Shown: positions 1 to 5,125 of the stretch, one piece after another
Layout: each line of letters starts with the position of its first letter
Numbering within the stretch: the first letter of the stretch is position 1
From: Zygophlyctis sp. KS116
Lineage: Eukaryota > Fungi > Chytridiomycota
DNA: 5,125 nt
Direction: 5' to 3'
Assembly (NCBI GenBank): GCA_054661495.1
Contig: BAAFSQ010000502.1
Span: 1-5,125, forward strand
Position numbers and translations under genes: made by a program
Notes under the pieces: generated by a model
Told to the model about the DNA's origin: nothing
What the model saw: only the letters and a program-made list of their open reading frames with translations
Database searches by the model: none

Positions 1-61
1 CTCCTAATCCATCAACACGTTTTCTGATCAATCCAAGCCTACCAAGCATCAAAGCATAACA
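1..61 (-). mobile_element. Start of a 3' LTR of a Ty3/Gypsy element (runs off the window)
   Basis: Minus strand reads AATAGGAGGGGGGTGA|TGTTATG...: a purine tract directly followed by TGTTA at 61, downstream of a pol-like tail. Confidence 0.65.
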
Positions 62-77
62 TCACCCCCCTCCTATT
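62..77 (-). promoter_or_regulatory. Polypurine tract (PPT)
   Basis: Minus strand AATAGGAGGGGGGTGA abutting TG, the typical Gypsy PPT/LTR junction. Confidence 0.7.
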
Positions 78-103
78 GAAAAACATCAAGACTTCATTCA
101 ACA

Positions 104-295
104 TTAATCAGAGTCCATATCATCATTGTCCCATTCAATATTACCATGTCCTGAATAATATAGACTTATATAATCATCGTTTTTCTTCAGTTTCTTCCCT
201 GCAACTACAGGGCCCTTAGCTGCTTTACCTACAATTTAACGATATAAATTGATAACAGTAATTAAATCAAAGTTTTCTTTTTTCTCAAGCCAAGA
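104..295 (-). pseudogene. pol: Degenerate pol C-terminus (probable chromodomain tail)
   Basis: Hand translation SWLEKKENFDLITVINLYR*IVGKAAKGPVVAGKKLKK...DMDSD* resembles the chromodomain end SW-x-x-x-x-NF-x(n)-I-x-x-Y; internal TAA at 238-236, final TAA at 106-104; lies just upstream of the PPT and LTR. Confidence 0.45.
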
Positions 296-514
296 TATCA
301 TGGCCAATCTCTCGGCCTGAGTTGTTTTTGGTCCTCGGCCCATTACAAAATAAAATCAAAATAAAATATATAGAAAGAAATATAAAGCTCCGAAATTGTA
401 GCTTTAATTTTTGCATTATTTTTGATAAATAACGCGGAAATCCGGCGAAATAAAAGCACGTTAAATCATAAAAAGAACCGCGTTTTTTCATATTTGAAAC
501 CCCCTAATGGAATC

Positions 515-565
515 AACTGAACATTCCTTTTGACTTTGTTCTTGTCCTTCAATAAACGAGTCTAT
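515..565 (-). repeat. 51-bp dispersed copy of 4622-4672 (coding fragment IDSFIEGQEQSQKECSV)
   Basis: Ungapped alignment at offset 4107: 45/51 identical, all 6 differences are transitions, 5 at third codon positions of the minus-strand frame. Confidence 0.9.
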
Positions 566-600
566 AACGGGTAATTAGTTCAGGGAATAGTTGAAATTTT

Positions 601-838
601 AGATACTTTGACATCATTATTCAATTAATAATAAGCTCTGTTATCGGCTGGCATACAACGAAAAAACAATTAAATTCATTACCAGGACTATTTGGATATC
701 CGAAAGGTTATTTGGTATCTCCTGAATCGCAAAAATTATGGAAATCTTCACGCGCACATGTTGATTTGGATCCATGGTTTACCTGCCACAGCATCTCAAT
801 ATAAATTGATATCTGAAAGTGATGATAGATTAGTTCTA
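601..838 (+). pseudogene. Helitron-type Rep (HUH endonuclease) fragment, end of motif I through motif II
   Basis: Frame 1 from 601 gives RYFDIIIQLIISSVIGWHTTKKQLNSLPGLFGYPKGYLVSPESQ; removing one A from A5 at 731-735 continues as NYGNLHAHMLIWIHGLP, matching the Helitron Rep pattern R(Y/F)F...G(L/I)FG...Y....ExQxRGxLHxHxLxW. Confidence 0.85.
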
Positions 839-1450
839 TATACAAATAATCTTATTCATGCACTCACCCAATTATCTCAGGTTGAACATCGCAATTTATC
901 AGCGTATCATCCTCGTGCTAACCCAGTGGAACGTCAAAATCACACGATCTTGTCTGTAATAAGAAAGTACTTAAATAGAAACATCGATTGGTGTTTATGG
1001 ATTCCGTGGATTCAGTTTTGCGTGAATGCTCACGTATCACAAGCCACAGGATCTACTCCTTTTTCCTTGATGTTTGGTCGATCTAGTATTCCTTTGCCTG
1101 ACAATTTTTATGAAAATCACCCCTCAGATGGGGTGAAGTGGAAAGAAAGATTGAAAGAACTCAATGAATTAATTTATCCCGCAATATCTGATCGCATAAA
1201 ATCTATTCGGGCTAAAGCAGCTGCTGCTTTCAAAAATCGCAACTTGATTATCAACAATCCGTATCCGGTAGGATCTATTGTTAATGCTGATAACAATACA
1301 CGCCAACAGAAATTGGAAGCAATCTATGGACCGTTTACTATATGCCATGTTAACAGAAATAACTCATATAATCTTATTGATCGAGCTGGTAATGTTAAAG
1401 AAAAAATTCCTGTCTCTCACCTCAGACTTATTTCCAAAATTCCAAATGAT
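839..1450 (+). pseudogene. pol: Ty3/Gypsy integrase, C-terminal half (within track ORF 692..1561)
   Basis: YTNNL...EHRNLSAYHPRAN-PVERQN (catalytic E region), W...IP.IQF.VN...S.ATG.TPF.LMFGR, and GPY/F module YPVGS...KLEAIYGPF...SYNL...PVSHLR. The HHCC finger and first two catalytic Asp are absent; single codons appear lost in ANGxVER and YxGPF. Confidence 0.9.
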
Positions 1451-1637
1451 AATAGAATCAAAAATCGAGCTATTGAGCAGAATTTGGGATTGTGCAAAAT
1501 GGGCTATTTAATGATTTGTTTTGTAGATAATCTTACCTCGAATTGTCTGAGATCAGGTTAGAGAGTACTGGGGAAAGTAAACTGACCTGATTCACCAGTC
1601 GCTGGCAAAGGTAGGGTCGGTTGTATGAGGAAAGTTG
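1448..1637 (-). pseudogene. pro: Gag-pro linker and N-terminal piece of aspartic protease, truncated before the catalytic Asp
   Basis: The gag frame continues past TGA for 34 codons to TAA (1535-1533), then DYLQNKSLNSPFCTIP; dropping one A at 1484 gives ILLNSSIFDSII, the register of IPIxxNxxxxxALV that precedes D(S/T)G. D(S/T)G itself is absent. Confidence 0.5.
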
Positions 1638-2818
1638 TCAGTTCACTCTTTTGGATTCTGAGGTGCAAGTATGATCTTTTGACCATGGGGAACCACACTT
1701 ATAGCAGTTTTTTTTAAGGGTCGATGGTGGTAAGTTAGGTGGCTTACTTTGAGGCGTTGGATTCCGGCACTCGCTGTTTAAGTGTCGTGCTTCGGGGTGC
1801 ACTTGACAGCGATCCGTTGGTTTACTTCCTACAGCAGGTAGACGAGGAGCTGAACTGTTGGGACGCCGATCTTGGGATCGACCATATGAATCAGGCTGGT
1901 GATCATGCCGATCCATACTTTTGGCGAATGCTACGATTTGAGGAAAACTGTCGATAATTTCAGTACGACGAGCTAGGGGTAAGGCGTATGTTATGTTCCA
2001 GGGTAGTTTAGATTCAATAGAAGCCGAGTATTGATCAGGTGGATCACCCGAATGAGCCACAAACAGGCTGAAACGATCACAAAAATCAGTGATTGATTCT
2101 GATTTGCTAATTGAGAGGTTGTGGATCTTGCTTCTAAGCGTGGATTTCCATTGGGAACCCATGCGATCATGAATGAAGGCGCGGGACAAATCATTCCAAG
2201 ATGTCGTATCTTCCAGCAATTTGTTCACACTCTCCCTGAGGGAGGGATCTTTCTTGAAAGAAAACTTAAAAACCCGTTTGCGTAAAATTTTGTCACTTAA
2301 ATCAAAAGAGAAACCATCACAGGTCTTTTTAAAGTCGTTTAAGAACAGGAGAGGATCATGCCCAGACTGCCACAGAGGAAGCTTGTCCAGGAGGGAAAGG
2401 ATTCTATTCTCTGTGGAGAAGGTAGTAGAAGAGCCATTTGCTGCACTGGACGCTGGAGAAGGGGCAGTTGGAGGTGGAGGCGTATTCCGTTGAGGGCTAG
2501 GAGGGAGTTTCTAGCTGTTGTGATTTGTACCAAAATAGAGTCTACCAGAGAGTTATTTTGGCTTACCACAGCTTGAGCAAGTTCCATTCCAAGCAATTTG
2601 AAATGATTATTGAGGATCACCTCTACAGCGGATGCATGAGGTTGGGTGACAACAGGAAGTGGTGCCATGGGCAAGGGTTGCTGGACAACAGCAGGTAGCT
2701 GAGCAACAGCAGGTAGTTGAGCAACAGCAGCCATATATCTGGTTTGCACACCAGAGACTGGGGCTTCAGAAGAGGACGAAGAGGATTGGTTAGATTGAGA
2801 GTTGTTATCAGAATTCAT
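1638..2818 (-). pseudogene. gag: Ty3/Gypsy Gag, about 393 aa if one frameshift (near 2485) is repaired; joins track ORFs 2339..2818 and 1638..2228
   Basis: The downstream frame is open from 2510 and gives LDKLPLWQSGHDPLLFLNDFKKTC, SWNDLSRAF and ESITDFCDRF (capsid/major-homology-like), then CQVHPEARHLNSEC (1808-1767) and CYKCGSPWSKDHTC (1706-1665). ATG lies 9 nt after the LTR. Confidence 0.88.
2686..2730. repeat. 18-bp tandem repeat x2.5 within gag (AVAQLP)
   Basis: caacagcaggtagctgag / caacagcaggtagttgag / caacagcag. Confidence 0.95.
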
Positions 2819-2827
2819 TGAAAAAAA
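2815..2827 (-). promoter_or_regulatory. Non-tRNA primer-binding site candidate TTTTTTTCAATGA (overlaps the gag ATG)
   Basis: Directly follows the LTR terminal CA; no TGG; complementary to TCATTG (2858-2853) plus a poly(A) tail. Confidence 0.6.
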
Positions 2828-3075
2828 TGTTTTAATCAGACAAGAGCAGAGTCAATGAGACTAAAAGTTTTTTATTGTGTACTAAAAATAGGCTGCGGCA
2901 GTGTTTAAGAATAGCACGCGGCTGCTAACACGTTCTCGAAATAGAGAAGTGTATCTGTAAAAACCTGTGCTCATTTACAGGAAAAAAAAATCTCTTATCA
3001 GTTCGGGCGGCGAGTACTTTAAGTTTTAGGTCGAGGTGCCCAGAGCTTTGTTTAAGTTTAGGTGTTGTTACAACA
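2828..3075 (-). mobile_element. 5' LTR (248 bp, TGTTG...AAACA)
   Basis: TG...CA termini with TGTT/AACA inverted ends; homology to 3765-4005 starts exactly at TGTTG; TATA-like TGTAAATGAG, AATAAA at 2876-2871; gag follows immediately. Confidence 0.85.
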
Positions 3076-3380
3076 GCTTGCCTTGGTAAACTGAGGACAT
3101 TTTGAAATAAAATGACCCTTAATATTGCATTTTCTACATGTATAATTGTCAGGGGGAACATCAGTTGAAGAGGTACGTGTACTGTAAACGTGAAGTGCTC
3201 TGTCTTTATGATTGGGCTTGCCGGAGGCTGTATCTAATTGGTTACCTCTGCATTTAAATTCCTTGTGCCCTCTGTGCTTACCATAATTGCAAACAACCGA
3301 GTTATTTTTTGGCGTGTCTTTTAAAGAATTTTGTTGCTAATATATGTCTTCGCAAGACTTTTGGTAAATGAGATAAGGAC
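3076..3380 (-). pseudogene. gag: Second Gag C-terminal fragment with two CCHC-type zinc knuckles, interrupted by the LTR at 3075
   Basis: One frame gives ...SVVCNYGKHRGHKEFKCRG (3291-3250, second Cys replaced by Gly) ...VPPDNYTCRKCNIKGHFISKCPQ (3138-3097); TAG at 3339-3337. Not in the ORF track because it has no start codon. Confidence 0.8.
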
Positions 3381-3382
3381 CC

Positions 3383-3753
3383 TCTCACAAAATTCTCTAT
3401 GACCCTTACCTCAATGGGTCCTTCGTTATGCGAGTGGAAAAAACGAGAACAGGTGCTTTACAGCCTCGGTTCGAAGGACCCTTTAAGATTCTCAAAAGAA
3501 CTACTAGAGTTCGTATGTGTGACAAGATTCTACTGCAGCTTTAGTTTCACAAAATTCACCTCCGTATCACATCAAGCTGATTTCCCATGCATCAGATTTT
3601 GAGGCTCAATCCTATGAATTGGAAGCTATATTAAATCAGATAAAAGTCGAGAGGTTAAATGAAAAAATTCTTAATTCTAAAATTCCTGAATAAGACAATC
3701 TTGGAGATTACAAGAAAATATTGGAAACGCCTTTCAACGAAAAATTCAAAACT
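3383..3753 (+). pseudogene. pol: Second integrase C-terminus (GPF module) plus decayed chromodomain
   Basis: HKILYDPYLNGSFVMRVEKTRTGALQPRFEGPFKILKRTTR, 1-bp loss at about 3509, then SYV*QDSTAALVSQNSPPYHIKLIS...SYELEAILNQ (chromodomain start, 3613), PE*DN, and KYWKR (YW at 3719-3724) in another frame. Confidence 0.85.
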
Positions 3754-3764
3754 AATGGGAATAA
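3754..3764 (+). promoter_or_regulatory. Probable (eroded) polypurine tract
   Basis: AATGGGAATAA between the chromodomain end and the TGTTG LTR start. Confidence 0.5.
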
Positions 3765-4005
3765 TGTTGAAACAACACCTAAGCCTCAATTTAAGATGAG
3801 GACACCTCAATCTTCAACTAAGAGGACCCGCCGTCCGAAATCCAATTGAATTTTAAGAGCAATCTTTTCCTGTAAATGAGCACTAACTTTTTTCTCTTTC
3901 GAAAACATTCTATTAGCTGCCGCAAGCGATTCTAAAAACATTGCCGCAGTCTATTTTTAGCAACATAAATTTGAGTCTCATTGACTCTGCTCTGATCTGA
4001 TTAAA
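3765..4005 (+). mobile_element. 3' LTR, diverged relative of the 2828-3075 LTR (inverted orientation), terminal CA missing
   Basis: Starts TGTTGAAACAACACCTAA versus TGTTGTAACAACACCTAA; identical blocks of 19 bp (3865-3883 / 2967-2985) and 20 bp (3974-3993 / 2843-2862); similarity ends at CTGATTAAA. Confidence 0.85.
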
Positions 4006-4009
4006 TTGT

Positions 4010-4951
4010 AACTTGCAATGGATTTTAGCTGTTTTTAGTTGATTATTGTTGAGCATTTTGAATATACATTCCAGTTTGTATCATTTGCAATATTGGGACT
4101 TATATATCTGAGATCAATTCGGGAATTTCTATCTAATTGCTCATATCTACTATCTAATTGCTCATATGTGTACTCCGTTTTATTTGGGTTTAAGCATCTA
4201 TAAATGTCAATTAAAGAGCAGCTGTGTCTTAGAAAAGGATTCTTAAATTTCTTTGGGGTGGCTTATGAGCGGTTTCTGTCTAGTTTATCATTCGGACATT
4301 CATTGAGATATCCTTGTTATATTACAGAAAAATTTTATGTTCAAATTCCATTTCAACAGCTCTAATATCAGAAAATATTTTTACCTTTTGGGCTTTCTCA
4401 TCTCTACATTTTTGGTCTATTACTGCCTTCAATCAATAACTCTGCTTCTTTTCTTTTTCTTGGTTCTTTTGGAAATACAAACTTTATTTTCGGATGCTCT
4501 TTCTCAATATGCTTCCTTGACGGTTTCTATAATTTGGTACTTCCTTGGATGTACAGCCAGAATGGGGACAATGATAGTACCCATCTTCTTATAGTCTGAG
4601 AATTTCAAATACGATTGATACGACTGAACATTCCTTCTGGCCTTGTTCTTGTCCTTCAATGAACGAATCTATTAAATTTTCTAAATGTGCACCAGTAGAT
4701 TTAGGTCCTTGATGTAATGTAAATTGTCCTTTGGGATAGTCTAAGTTTAAATCAATTTGATGTTTCCATCCAGATAGCTGATAATGAAGTTTCTTGGACT
4801 AGAATAAGCAATCTCTTTTTCGCGGAGGTGTCAAAATTATACTTTCTTTGGCGCTTATGTAATGGAGTATTTTCCATTCCGATGGCCGTACAAACTCTTG
4901 TGTAAATAAACAATTGAAAAAAGCTCCGACGCGTTCGTTAGGCCATCGGAA
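4010..4951 (-). pseudogene. Decayed gene of unknown family containing a C2H2 zinc finger; boundaries approximate
   Basis: A frame runs from 4951 to about 4540 with only TAG (4801-4799) and TAA (4591-4589); it includes YHCPHSGC (Cys at 4570 and 4555), and after frameshifting RKHIEKEHP (His at 4511 and 4496). The frame is supported by synonymous differences to the copy at 515-565. The part below about 4400 is weakly supported. Confidence 0.55.
4129..4167. repeat. Direct repeat, 18 bp identical, period 21
   Basis: ctatctaattgctcatat at 4129-4146 and 4150-4167; reads YEQLDSR YEQLDR on the minus strand. Confidence 0.95.
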
Positions 4952-4952
4952 T
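4876..4952. repeat. 12-bp perfect inverted repeat with 53-bp spacer
   Basis: attccgatggcc (4876-4887) and ggccatcggaat (4941-4952). Confidence 0.9.
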
Positions 4953-5030
4953 TACGGTAGTTATTTTATAGTTCAAAAGTTCCCACTTATATTGATTGTT
5001 GTTGCGTTATTTGAAGAATTATAGTTGTGG

Positions 5031-5108
5031 TTTAGAATTCTCCAGAATCATCCAGACCCATCCAGAACATTCTAGACACTTGTATAAGACTATAAGATTC
5101 TTATAAGA
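5031..5108. repeat. Degenerate 10-bp tandem array x5 followed by three TATAAGA
   Basis: tttagaattc tccagaatca tccagaccca tccagaacat tctagacact; tataaga at 5083, 5091 and 5102. Confidence 0.8.
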
Positions 5109-5125
5109 TGATAACTCCAATAAGC

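Noticed and set aside
118-136. Similarity of atcattgtcccattc to the reverse complement of 4560-4575
   Set aside because: Too short, gapped and does not extend; plausible by chance.
692-1561. 289-aa ORF as a single functional gene
   Set aside because: TTG start; the first 14 codons are out-of-frame Rep; the tail after about 1450 is the antisense of gag-pro; catalytic residues are incomplete.
2342-2510. Programmed -1 frameshift within gag
   Set aside because: No clear slippery heptamer upstream of the capsid motifs, and it would split Gag before the capsid; a 1-bp loss or sequencing error near 2485 is likelier.
1739-2576. ORFs 1739..1957, 1991..2194, 2173..2493 and 2358..2576
   Set aside because: Antisense or alternate-frame shadows of gag with no motifs.
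2925-3602. ORFs 2925..3161 and 3399..3602
   Set aside because: Wrong-frame reads over the zinc-knuckle/LTR junction and the integrase remnant.
4337-4594. 85-aa hydrophobic ORF as a membrane protein (likewise 285..491 and 1278..1511)
   Set aside because: The hydrophobicity comes from T-rich sequence; 4337..4594 is antisense to the Lys/Glu-rich zinc-finger frame and 1278..1511 is an alternate frame of integrase.
236-4801. TAA/TAG read as Gln (several in-frame TAR stops at 238, 1535, 3339, 3691, 4591, 4801)
   Set aside because: The long, Gln-rich gag and integrase frames use only CAA/CAG; mutational decay explains the stops more simply.
4129-5108. CRISPR-like array
   Set aside because: The repeats are short tandem units without unique regular spacers, and there are no cas-like ORFs.

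Overview
AT-rich, almost certainly eukaryotic DNA (the proteins resemble retroelements of early-diverging fungi or amoebae; the host cannot be fixed from sequence alone). No intact host gene is visible. The window is a patchwork of transposon fragments in alternating orientations: (1) the 3' end of a minus-strand Ty3/Gypsy element (chromodomain tail, PPT, LTR start, 1-295); (2) a 51-bp coding fragment duplicated at 4622-4672; (3) a Helitron Rep HUH fragment (601-838) fused in frame to (4) the C-terminal half of an LTR integrase (839-1450); (5) the 5' part of a minus-strand Ty3/Gypsy (Skipper-like) element: 248-bp LTR, T7 tract, gag with one frameshift, TGA, start of protease (3075-1448); (6) a second gag C-terminus with two zinc knuckles (3380-3076); (7) a plus-strand integrase-chromodomain-PPT-LTR remnant whose LTR is a diverged relative of the first (3383-4005); (8) a decayed minus-strand C2H2 zinc-finger gene (about 4951-4010); (9) short tandem repeats. 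The most striking observation: the 5' LTR has no tRNA primer-binding site. It is followed by TTTTTTT-CA-ATG-A, the exact 13-nt complement of the element's own predicted poly(A) junction (TCATTG+An, 18 nt after AATAAA), which suggests reverse transcription primed by the element's own polyadenylated 3' end.
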